Below are positions 27,301 through 34,772 of a DNA stretch of 64,000 bases, one piece after another. Positions within the stretch are counted from its first letter, which is position 1. Each line of letters begins with the position of its first letter. Position numbers and translations under genes: made by a program. This stretch comes from Dehalococcoidia bacterium (GTDB taxonomy: Bacteria; Chloroflexota; Dehalococcoidia; Lucifugimonadales; CATOSD01), in the NCBI GenBank assembly GCA_034421955.1, contig DAOUJZ010000075.1:7683-71682 (forward strand). The letters are read 5' to 3'. Under the pieces are notes generated by a model. The model was not told where the DNA came from. It ran no database searches and worked only from the letters and a program-made list of their open reading frames with translations.

Positions 27301-27995
27301 TTTCCAAGACCATCAACCTGCCAAACAGCGCGTCCGTAGAAGACGTGGAGCGCGCCTTCCGGCTGGCGTGGGAGACGGGCTGCAAGGCGGTCACCGTGTA
27401 CCGCGACGGCTCGAAGGCCATGCAGGTGCTGGAGACGGGCGCGGCGGACGGCGTAGACGAGCAGCAGGCTCCCGCGACGCTCTACCCGCGCAGGCGCCCC
27501 ACCGCGGTAAGAGGCATAACCGAGCGTGTGGGTACCGGCCACGGCACGATGTACGTGACGCTCAACTTCGACGAGGACGGCAACCCGTTCGAGCTGTTCA
27601 CCACCATCGGCAAGGCGGGCGGCAGCGAGCCGGCGCACCTGGAGGGCCTGTCGCGCATGGTGTCGCTGTGCCTGCGCTCCGGCATCGCCGCGTCCGAGAT
27701 AGTCGACCAGCTCAGCGGCATAACCTCGGAGCCGTTCTGGGACAACGGAGTGCTGATTCGCTCGGCGGAAGACGGGCTGGCACAGGTTCTGAAGCGCTAC
27801 CTACAGGACTCCGGCTCGCCCGACGTGGGCGACGTTCGGGACGGCAGAGCGGCGCAGCTTGCGATGTTCGGTCGCTCGCCCGAGGGGGCTGGCGGGCTTG
27901 GTGTGGGCGCGCAGTGCCCCGAGTGCTCCGGGCGGATCATCCACCAGGAGGGGTGCATGACCTGCCTGGACTGTGGCTACACCAAGTGCGAGTAG
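24306..27995 (+). CDS. nrdJ: class II (adenosylcobalamin-dependent) ribonucleotide reductase, intein-containing
   Basis: LSDNARVILEKRYL N-terminal motif, thiyl-radical loop TSNP/CGEE split by the intein, and a C-terminal Cys-rich tail CPECSGRIIHQEGCMTCLDCGYTKCE. The 5' end is uncertain. Confidence 0.9.
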   Translation: MYLQEHQRIGSELRQTPHLSTSVVIRGAKLIEERNVQGSRAARTRKDLANEMRELVERHGLSYASAAEIMSQLENGAAHPGAGVTTAPTGLNGAAADGEIPPLNAALELSDNARVILEKRYLMRDEEGNPEEGPEELFHRVAGAVALGESEAVRSHWEARYYNLMTSLKFLPNSPTLVNAGTGGRGCLSACFVVSPNDDMDSIMEVAKDAAMIEKWGGGIGFGFSKLRPRLDRIATTHGEACGPIAVMKLYSSVGATLTQGSFRLGAHMGQLIISHPDVREFIHCKDNDDTLQNFNISVQITDEFMRAVDNDEQWQLLNPRDSGDGPINTVVEEVSARQLWREICESAWKSGDPGVVFMDRVWETQPNPQMGDIQTSNPCVTGDTLVYTGDGLVPIGELAGTTPALSLDSRSGSEASFAIRVWQSGVKPVYRLVTREGYTLKLTADHEVFTTRGKVAAGELRRGDRVRLLDHKGYFGSLGDRNLGLTLGWLTGDGHIDVRRAVLSFYGEDHELGPALSEAMQAVVAGAGQRPERAYPTGMHVTREGRGIIQSTRLRDVVRGYGLTEEDWHHVPAVVYQGTEEMQRGYLQALFGADGTVAGSGPEKGVSVRLNSSYPELLEGVQRLLLNFGIASRMYLRRGERMAAMPDGKGGTKQYRTLPNYEVIIGKDNVRRFADEIGFLNERKNIRLQEATSAYKRGFYRERFLATFDRLEALGEEPVYDLTEPMTHSFVANGLVISNCGEEFLENYGNCCLGSINLDKHVSGGAFDWGALEDTVRTAVRFLDDVIEVNQFPLDKLREVNLATRRIGLGVMGWADALIRLEIPYDSPRALALTHEVAKFIHDTAWDESARLAAERGPFPGYAESALKARGMPPVRNSSVVTIAPTGTISRLADCSSGIEPHFANAWWSNVLWKDHEGSSDRLLDAPKSVWEALRDRLGSEEQVREVLGRIADSPNDAERVFSEHGIDPALFRTSMLINPEAHVKMQAAWQEYVTNSVSKTINLPNSASVEDVERAFRLAWETGCKAVTVYRDGSKAMQVLETGAADGVDEQQAPATLYPRRRPTAVRGITERVGTGHGTMYVTLNFDEDGNPFELFTTIGKAGGSEPAHLEGLSRMVSLCLRSGIAASEIVDQLSGITSEPFWDNGVLIRSAEDGLAQVLKRYLQDSGSPDVGDVRDGRAAQLAMFGRSPEGAGGLGVGAQCPECSGRIIHQEGCMTCLDCGYTKCE
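25443..26525 (+). mobile_element. intein with LAGLIDADG homing-endonuclease domain (361 aa)
   Basis: Starts CVTGDTLV, has a TADHEVF block B and two LAGLIDADG motifs (LGWLTGDGHI, LQALFGADGTV). Ends GLVISN, followed by the +1 Cys of CGEE. Confidence 0.85.
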
Positions 27996-28022
27996 GGGAT
28001 TGCGTACAGGTTCCGCCCCGCC

Positions 28023-29453
28023 CTAATCCAGATAGAACGACTTCACAATGTCGGCGTTTTTCCGGAACTCATCGATCTCGCAACTGAGATACATCGCGCC
28101 GGTGTCAGCGGAGATTAAGCCTTCCCGATAGGCCGCCGCGACCAGTCCGGCGAATCTGCCCCGCCGCTGGATGGGCGTGTCGTGCAGCGGGAAGTAGTCG
28201 GCAGCGAAGTTCTCGGCGGCTCTTTGCTCGTCCGAGGGCCGGGTCTCGACGACGCTGATAGGTACGTCATACTGCCGGTAGTGGCAGTTGTTGATATGAT
28301 ACCTCGCCGCCGTATGGCTGACGCCGAACTTGTGCATCACGGTGGCCACACCCTCTTCAGTTACCGGCGTCGGCGCGACCTTTCGCACGGCGTCGTTCGG
28401 CGCCAGGAAAGCGATGGCGAATGCGTTAGCCCGTTGCTCCACGTAGTCGACCGTGTCGCCGTGTTCGGGATCGTCCTGGCTGTCCTCGTAGGAATCGACT
28501 CTCAGATTCTGAAGTTGCATGTCGGGGTCGAAGAGCAGGTGGCCCAACTCGTGGGCCAGCGTAGACCTGCGGATCCAGACGTTCTCGTTTTCTCCGACGG
28601 TGTTCAAGACGACGCCGCGCACGGCGCCTCCCTCGTCGTCGGCCGTCATCACGGTGGCGCCCGCGATGTGGTTGGGTAGCCGCGCCTGGACGACGGGAAT
28701 GCCCAGCCGCTCCTCGGTCAGTTGGCGCATCGAGCCAATCGGCCGGCGACCAAGCCCTAAGATGCTCCTGGCGCTTTCCGCAAGGCTGTATCCAATTCTC
28801 CAAGCGGGCGACTGTGGTGACCCGTAGTTGCCGTCCGGAGAAAAACGTGCGCTCTCCGACGGAATGCCGAGCCAATCCTGAAGCCTGTACTGCGTTCGAA
28901 TGATAGACGCCGCCTCTGCGAAGAGCAGGGCTGTGCCGGCTGAGAGGCTGGGTTCGCCACTGGTCGGCTCCCACTGAAGCGTTCGCAGGCGGTATGCCAG
29001 GTTCGTGTCGCCGCCGGGGTTCTCCTTGAACGCGATGAATCGCTCGTCCAGACCGAGCGCGAACGCGATGCGCTCCAGGCTCTGTACAGGGACCCTGTAA
29101 GCGGCAGGCGTCTCCGCAGTCTCAACTTCCTGGTCGGAGACTTTAGCAGCCCTCCTCACCGACGAGTGATGCAGGCCCAGCGCCTCTCTGCGGGTCCGCA
29201 ACGCGTCGCTCGTCGCGGTGGGGGTTACCTTAAGGATCGCCGAACTGTATTCCAGCGCCTCTTCTATCACATCCAGACCGAAGGTTGTGTATGCTTCCCA
29301 GGCAGTCAGCCGGTGCCCCGTTGGATTTCGGGAGTCGTCGTATACGGCCAAACCGCTCTCGCTACGAACGAAGCTGATCTTGGAGTGCCTCGCGACACCA
29401 ACTGGGGAGAGGTTCTCAGCGTCAGGCCCAAAGATGTAAGTCATCAGGTCCAT
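28023..29453 (-). CDS. XRE-type HTH + ImmA/IrrE (COG2856) zinc metallopeptidase domain protein
   Basis: HTH-like segment ALGLHHSSVRRAAKVSDQEVETAE and an HEXXH motif in STLAHELGHLLFD. 476 aa. Confidence 0.65.
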   Translation of the reverse strand: MDLMTYIFGPDAENLSPVGVARHSKISFVRSESGLAVYDDSRNPTGHRLTAWEAYTTFGLDVIEEALEYSSAILKVTPTATSDALRTRREALGLHHSSVRRAAKVSDQEVETAETPAAYRVPVQSLERIAFALGLDERFIAFKENPGGDTNLAYRLRTLQWEPTSGEPSLSAGTALLFAEAASIIRTQYRLQDWLGIPSESARFSPDGNYGSPQSPAWRIGYSLAESARSILGLGRRPIGSMRQLTEERLGIPVVQARLPNHIAGATVMTADDEGGAVRGVVLNTVGENENVWIRRSTLAHELGHLLFDPDMQLQNLRVDSYEDSQDDPEHGDTVDYVEQRANAFAIAFLAPNDAVRKVAPTPVTEEGVATVMHKFGVSHTAARYHINNCHYRQYDVPISVVETRPSDEQRAAENFAADYFPLHDTPIQRRGRFAGLVAAAYREGLISADTGAMYLSCEIDEFRKNADIVKSFYLD

Positions 29454-30010
29454 TATGCGCCATCCTCCAAGTATCGCTTCGCCTCATTCATCACATAGTC
29501 CCAGCCCAAGGAAGTGACATTGTAGCCGAATGATCGGAATACGTCCGTCGCTTCTTCGAGTTGGGCGTTGTCGATGGGACGGTAACGGCCCGAGCCGCCC
29601 GACACGTAGAGTGAACTTGCTGAGGCGAACCACAATTCGCCGCCCAAGTACGCTTCGCCCCCTCCGGTCAAGTTAGTGTGTTTGGGAAGAGATACGCCAA
29701 TCGCCGCGATAGGCATCTCGATTACGTAGGGAATGCCCCTCATGTCTATGACCCAAAGATACGTGCTGTCTCTGGTGTTCCCTCGTGATGCTGACGGAGC
29801 ACCTAACCTGACGCCGGAGGCGGGCGCGGGCGTGAGAACACGGAATCCGTCGCTTGCTTGAAGTAGTATGAACTGCTCTGGTATGTCGGTGGGGCGAGCA
29901 ATTGGCCGACGCAGGTGATGTCGAGCGCGAAAATTGTCTAGAGCTTGCGTGGACGTGTCCAGTACATGCCCCCAGTTGATAGAGTGGCAACATTGTACCA
30001 GCAAAGTCAT
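29453..30010 (-). CDS. hypothetical protein (185 aa), translationally coupled to the ImmA-like gene
   Basis: Stop and start share TAATG at 29451-29455. Gly-rich C-terminal motifs KHTNLTGGGEAYLGGELWF and YVSGGSGRY. No family recognised. Confidence 0.5.
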   Translation of the reverse strand: MTLLVQCCHSINWGHVLDTSTQALDNFRARHHLRRPIARPTDIPEQFILLQASDGFRVLTPAPASGVRLGAPSASRGNTRDSTYLWVIDMRGIPYVIEMPIAAIGVSLPKHTNLTGGGEAYLGGELWFASASSLYVSGGSGRYRPIDNAQLEEATDVFRSFGYNVTSLGWDYVMNEAKRYLEDGA

Positions 30011-30020
30011 ATGGTGTGCG

Positions 30021-30281
30021 CTAGGCGGATAGCAGCCTCAGCAGCACGTTCTGGATTACCACTATCAGCAGTATCGCCACTATGGGCGAGAAGTCGAGCA
30101 TTCCCAGCCGGGGCAGCACCGCCCGTATAGGCCCGAGTATCGGCTCTGTCACCTGGTAGAGCACCGTGACAATGGGGTTTTCGGGCGAAATGGGCAGCCA
30201 CGAGATTATTACGCGCCCCAGTATGGCGACGTGCAGCATGATGGCCAGCACCTCAACGAACCGCAGCAGAAACTCGTTCAC
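30021..30281 (-). CDS. YggT family membrane protein
   Basis: 86 aa, two TM helices, LLRFVEVLAIML...ISWLP...PILGPIR pattern. Confidence 0.8.
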   Translation of the reverse strand: MNEFLLRFVEVLAIMLHVAILGRVIISWLPISPENPIVTVLYQVTEPILGPIRAVLPRLGMLDFSPIVAILLIVVIQNVLLRLLSA

Positions 30282-31105
30282 TTGGGGTTCCCCAGTGCGA
30301 CCGACTTTTCGAAGGCGGCGACCACGGCGTCTATCACGGAGGCCCTGAAGCCGCTACGTTCGAGCGCCAGGGCCGCCTCGATGGTGGTGCCGCCCGGCGA
30401 CGTCACCATGTCCTTGAGCTCGGCGGGGTGGCGGCCGGTCTGCTCGACGAGCCGGGCGCTGCCCAGCACCGTCTGGAGCGCGAGGGTGCGGGCGACGTCG
30501 CGGGTCATGCCGAGGTACACGCCCGCGTCGATGAGCGCCTCGATGAACATGAACACGTAGGCGGGTCCGCTGGCGCTGAGAGCCGTGGCCATGTCGATTA
30601 TCTTCTCGTCGTCCACCTGGAGCTGCGCGCCCAGCGTCGCGACCACGTCGCGCGTGGCGTCTACGTCGGACTGCGGCGTCTGCGGGGAGGCTGTCCAGAC
30701 GCTCATGCCCTCGCCGATCTGGGCGGGCGTGTTGGGCATCACCCTGATGACGGCGGGATGGTCGAGGCCGGACACGAGAGTGTCCATGGTCGCGCCGGCG
30801 ATGATGGAGACCACGGTCTGGCCTTCGTCGATGCGGCCCTTGAGGGCGGGCAGGGCGTAGGGCAGGCTCTGCGGCTTGATCGCGAGGAACACGAGGTCGG
30901 CGCCGTCGATGGCGTCGAGGTTGTCGGCGAACGCCTTCACGCCGTGGGTGTCGCGCAGGTAGTCGCGCCGTGGCTCCACCGGCTCGCCCACCCGCACGTT
31001 TTGCGGCTCGGCGAGTCGCGCCTGGAGCACGCCGCCGATTATGGCCTCGGCCATCACGCCGCCGCCCACGAATGAGATGGCGGCCCCGGATTTGTGCTGT
31101 GTCAT
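30278..31105 (-). CDS. proC: pyrroline-5-carboxylate reductase
   Basis: ISFVGGGVMAEAIIGG Rossmann motif and TSPGGTTIEAL C-terminal motif. Start at ATG 31103-31105. Confidence 0.9.
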   Translation of the reverse strand: MTQHKSGAAISFVGGGVMAEAIIGGVLQARLAEPQNVRVGEPVEPRRDYLRDTHGVKAFADNLDAIDGADLVFLAIKPQSLPYALPALKGRIDEGQTVVSIIAGATMDTLVSGLDHPAVIRVMPNTPAQIGEGMSVWTASPQTPQSDVDATRDVVATLGAQLQVDDEKIIDMATALSASGPAYVFMFIEALIDAGVYLGMTRDVARTLALQTVLGSARLVEQTGRHPAELKDMVTSPGGTTIEAALALERSGFRASVIDAVVAAFEKSVALGNPK

Positions 31106-31120
31106 CGGCTCGGACTCCTT

Positions 31121-31160
31121 CACCCTCACCCTAGCCCTCTCCCTCAAGGGAGAGGGGAAC
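31121..31160. repeat. family-A hairpin element
   Basis: CACCCTCACCCTAGCCCTCTCCCTCAAGGGAGAGGGGAAC; stem CCCTCTCCC / GGGAGAGGG. Confidence 0.8.
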
Positions 31161-32163
31161 GCGGTAGTCTGCCCTCGGCCGCGAGCGACACGGCGACCCT
31201 GATGGCTTCCAGCATGCTCACGTGGTCCGCGACTCCCTTGCCCGCGATGTCAAAGGCGGTGCCGTGGTCCACGGAGGTGCGGACGAACGGCAGGCCGAGA
31301 TTGACGCTCACGCTGTGCGCCCAGTCGTGCACCTTGATGGGGATGTGCCCCTGGTCGTGGTACATGGCGAGCACGGCGTCGTAGCGGCCGTCGATCGCCT
31401 GGTTGAAGACGGTGTCGGCGGGTACGGGACCGGTCGCGTCTATGCCCTGTTCCCGCGCGTCTTCCACGGCGGGGGCTATCTGCAGCGCCTCCTCGTCGCC
31501 CAGCAGGCCGCCGTCGCTGGCGTGGGGGTTGAGCGCGGCCACGCCTATCCTGGGCGCATCGAAGCCCCACTGGCGGAAGCACTCGTCGGTTAGCCTGAGC
31601 TTGGCCAGCACGTTCGCCCGGGTCACGTGGTCGCAGGCCACGCGCAGCGAACGGTGTGTGGTGAGGTGGACCACGCGCAGCGAGCCGGCCATGAGCATAG
31701 TGGCGACGTCCTTGGCGCCGGTCTGGCTCTGGAAGATCTCCATGTGGCCGACGTCGGAGAAGCCCGCGAGGCTGCACGCCTCCTTGTTGATGGGGGCGGT
31801 GGCGATGGCCTGCACACGGCCTGCGGCGGCCAGTTCCCCGGCTCGGAGAATCCACTCCACGGCGGCCTTGCCGGCGGCGGGGGAGAGCTTGCCGTACTCG
31901 ATGCCGGCGTAGTCGAGGTTCTCGAGGTCCAGCACCTCGATGGCGCCGTAGTCGCCGACGGCGTCTTCGGGGGAATGGACGACGCGGGCTGTACCGCCGG
32001 CGCCGGCAAGCGCCAGCGCGTCGTTCATGGCGGCGGCGCTGCCGACCACCAGGGGGCGCGTGTGCTGGTACACCCACTCGTCCTGGAGGGCCTTGGCGGT
32101 CACCTCCGGCCCGATGCCGGCGGCGTCTCCCATGGTTATTGCCAGTAGCGGTCTTTGCGGCAT
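31144..32163 (-). CDS. PdxA-family 4-hydroxythreonine-4-phosphate dehydrogenase-like oxidoreductase
   Basis: LAITMGDAAGIGPEV, TAPINKEA, AMYHDQGHIP, VDHGTAFDIAGKG motifs. The last codons run into a repeat element. Confidence 0.85.
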   Translation of the reverse strand: MPQRPLLAITMGDAAGIGPEVTAKALQDEWVYQHTRPLVVGSAAAMNDALALAGAGGTARVVHSPEDAVGDYGAIEVLDLENLDYAGIEYGKLSPAAGKAAVEWILRAGELAAAGRVQAIATAPINKEACSLAGFSDVGHMEIFQSQTGAKDVATMLMAGSLRVVHLTTHRSLRVACDHVTRANVLAKLRLTDECFRQWGFDAPRIGVAALNPHASDGGLLGDEEALQIAPAVEDAREQGIDATGPVPADTVFNQAIDGRYDAVLAMYHDQGHIPIKVHDWAHSVSVNLGLPFVRTSVDHGTAFDIAGKGVADHVSMLEAIRVAVSLAAEGRLPRSPLP

Positions 32164-32257
32164 GTGTGCGTTGCACGTCCTCGTGTCGGCTGTGTCCATT
32201 ATAGCGGATTTTGCCGGCCGCCTTTGGCGTTGGCGGCCGTGGACGCGCTGGTTTGAG

Positions 32258-33016
32258 CTAGCCGTGCGCGAGAGCGCCGCCGTCGATGAAGACCGTCTGG
32301 CCGGTCACGAAGTCGTCGGCGTCGGACGCGAGGTATACGAGCAGGCCGCACAGGTCCGTCGGGTGACCGCGGCGTCGTGAGGGCAGGTAGCGGTCCAGCA
32401 GGTCTGGCTGGGCGTCGGGGTCCGGCTCGTCGGTGGTCATCCAGCCGGCACCGATGCCGCAGACGCGGATGTTGCTGCGCGCCCACTCCAGCGCGAGCGC
32501 GGAGGTGAGCTGGTGGACGGCGCCGTGGCTGGCACAGGCGGCGGTGGAGTTCCAGAGGCCGCGGAGGGCGAGGCCGGAGTTCATGTTGATTACGCGGCCC
32601 CGGCCCTGCTCGAGCATGTGCTTGCCGACCGCCTGGCAGAAGTTGAACACCGACCGAACGTTGAACTGCATCACGCGCTGCCACTCGTCTTCGGTCACGT
32701 CCAGGAAGGGCTTGCCGAACTCCACGCGGGCGTTGTTCACGAGGATGTCTATCTTGCCTAGCTCGGCCAGGGCGCTGTCCACTGCCGCGCCGACCTGGGC
32801 GGCGTCGGTCACGTCCGTGGGAATGGCCAGGGCCCTGCGACCCTCGCGCTCAACGTCGGCGGCGGCATCACGCATGTCGGAGTCTTCGGCGCCGGCTATG
32901 GCGACGTCAGCGCCGGCCTCGGCGAGCGCCGCGGCGAGGAATGGGGTCCAGCCGCGGGTGTCCGCCGTAATGAGCGCGGCCTTGCCAGTGAGGTTCCACT
33001 CTGCGGGGATGGGCAT
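32258..33016 (-). CDS. SDR-fold protein with degenerate cofactor and catalytic motifs
   Basis: Aligns by eye to the neighbouring SDR, but has ITADTRGW instead of TGxxxGxG and CASHG instead of YxxxK. Confidence 0.75.
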   Translation of the reverse strand: MPIPAEWNLTGKAALITADTRGWTPFLAAALAEAGADVAIAGAEDSDMRDAAADVEREGRRALAIPTDVTDAAQVGAAVDSALAELGKIDILVNNARVEFGKPFLDVTEDEWQRVMQFNVRSVFNFCQAVGKHMLEQGRGRVINMNSGLALRGLWNSTAACASHGAVHQLTSALALEWARSNIRVCGIGAGWMTTDEPDPDAQPDLLDRYLPSRRRGHPTDLCGLLVYLASDADDFVTGQTVFIDGGALAHG

Positions 33017-33056
33017 TTTTTCAGGCTCCTTGGGGGGGTGTGGTCAGTGTTCGGTG

Positions 33057-33860
33057 CTAGCTCACCAGCTCGATTTCAGGGGCGTAGCCGGTGGGGGCGT
33101 AGCCGCCCGCGAGGGCACCGCCGTCCACGTGGATCATCTCGCCGTTCATGTAGTCTGAGGCGTCCGAGGCCAGGAAGACCGCGGTCGCGCCAATCTCGGG
33201 CGGGTCGCCCACGCGGCCGAGTGGGATGAAGCGTCCGGCGGGCAGGTTCATGCGGTCTTCGCGGGTGCCCTCGGTGGGGATGAACCCGGGCACTATGCAG
33301 GTGCTGGTGATGCCGTACCTGCCGAGGCTGGTGGCGAGGGTGCGGGTGAGCTGCAGGACCGCGCCCTTGGCGCAGGTGTACATGAAGTTGTCGCGGCCGC
33401 CGCGCAGCCCGAACCCGGACGAGACGTTGATGATCTTGCCGCGCCCGCGGTCGACCATGTGGCGGGAGACGGCTCGCGAGCAGTAGAGCGAGCCGGTGAT
33501 GTTGGTGTCCATGCCCAGCCGCCAGTCCTCGTCGGTGATGTCCCACAGGGGTATGGCGCCCTGGCCACGCACGATGCCGGCGTTGTTGATTAGCACGTCT
33601 ATCTTGCCGAACTCGGCGAGGGATCGCTCGATGAGGCTGTCGACCTGGGATGAGTCGGTGACGTCGGTGGAGACGGTGATGGCGCTGCGGCCCAGCTCGC
33701 GGACTCTTTCGGCGACCTCCTCGATGGGGCCGGTCCGCCGCGACGCTATGGCGAGGTCGGCGCCGGCGCGGGCCATCGCGAGCGACATCTCCCGGCCCAG
33801 GCCGGTGCCGCCGCCCGTGATGACTATGGACTTGCCGTCCAGGCTGAGTTTCTCGAGCAT
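33057..33860 (-). CDS. SDR family oxidoreductase
   Basis: ITGGGTGLG, NNAG and YTCAKGAV (YxxxK) motifs. Confidence 0.85.
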   Translation of the reverse strand: MLEKLSLDGKSIVITGGGTGLGREMSLAMARAGADLAIASRRTGPIEEVAERVRELGRSAITVSTDVTDSSQVDSLIERSLAEFGKIDVLINNAGIVRGQGAIPLWDITDEDWRLGMDTNITGSLYCSRAVSRHMVDRGRGKIINVSSGFGLRGGRDNFMYTCAKGAVLQLTRTLATSLGRYGITSTCIVPGFIPTEGTREDRMNLPAGRFIPLGRVGDPPEIGATAVFLASDASDYMNGEMIHVDGGALAGGYAPTGYAPEIELVS

Positions 33861-33921
33861 TGTTTCCTCCTCGTGTGAATGGGCGGGGGTAGTGTAACAG
33901 GTTAGGGTTCGGCGCGTGGCC

Positions 33922-34740
33922 CTACGTTTGGGAGGTGACTTCGCCTGCGACGGCGGTGAAGGTGGAGCCGTCGGCGAGCCTGAGAACGAGGTTGCCGCGG
34001 TCGTCCACGGATTCCGCCAAGCCCTCGATTTCGTGGCCCTGCCAGTCCAGGCGCACGTGGCGGCCGAGGGTCTCGAGCGTGGCAGCCCAGCGCTCGGTGA
34101 GCGACTTCCCGCGCCTCACCTCGGCGTAGAGGTCGTCGAAGCGGGCCAGGAGCGTCTCCAGTACGGCCGAGCGGTCGGCGGGGCGTCCGGTCTCCCTGCG
34201 GATGCTGGTGGCGAGGTCCGCGATCTCCGGGTGGTCTGTGGGGTCGAAGTTCACGTTCAGGCCGATGCCGACGAGGGCGTAGGCGAGGCCCTGGCTGGAT
34301 GCGGCGGTCTCGATGAGGATGCCGGCAATCTTGCGTCCACCGACCCGCACGTCGTTGGGCCACTTGACGGTGGCCCGGGCGCCGCAGAACCGGGAGGCGG
34401 CGTGGGCGGTGGCGAGGGTCGCGGCCATGTTCACGAAGGGGAGTTGAGCCGCGGTGGGTCTGAGTAGCGCGGTGAAGTGGAGATTGAGGCTGCGCGGTGA
34501 CACCCATGCGCGGTTGAAGCGGCCCCGCCCAGCGGACTGCTCCTCGGTGGCAACGACGACGCCCTCGGCGGCGGCGGCTTCGGCCAAGTCGCGCGCCACG
34601 TCCATGGTGGAGCCGACGAGCCGGTGGTGATCGATGCGGCTGCCGATGACGCGGTGGGAGAGGGCCCGGGCTACGCGGGGGGCGTCGAGGGGTGGAGGTG
34701 GCGTGTTGGAATCAGAGGGTCCAGCGTCCGCATGTGTCAC
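33922..34740 (-). CDS. birA: biotin--[acetyl-CoA-carboxylase] ligase (no N-terminal HTH)
   Basis: EEQSAGRGRFNRAWVSP (GRGRxxRxW) motif. I start it at GTG 34738-34740, because the longer track ORF overlaps the upstream gene out of frame. Confidence 0.8.
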   Translation of the reverse strand: MTHADAGPSDSNTPPPPLDAPRVARALSHRVIGSRIDHHRLVGSTMDVARDLAEAAAAEGVVVATEEQSAGRGRFNRAWVSPRSLNLHFTALLRPTAAQLPFVNMAATLATAHAASRFCGARATVKWPNDVRVGGRKIAGILIETAASSQGLAYALVGIGLNVNFDPTDHPEIADLATSIRRETGRPADRSAVLETLLARFDDLYAEVRRGKSLTERWAATLETLGRHVRLDWQGHEIEGLAESVDDRGNLVLRLADGSTFTAVAGEVTSQT

Positions 34741-34772
34741 GGTGCGCTCTCCGCAGGTACGTTGTGTGCCTG

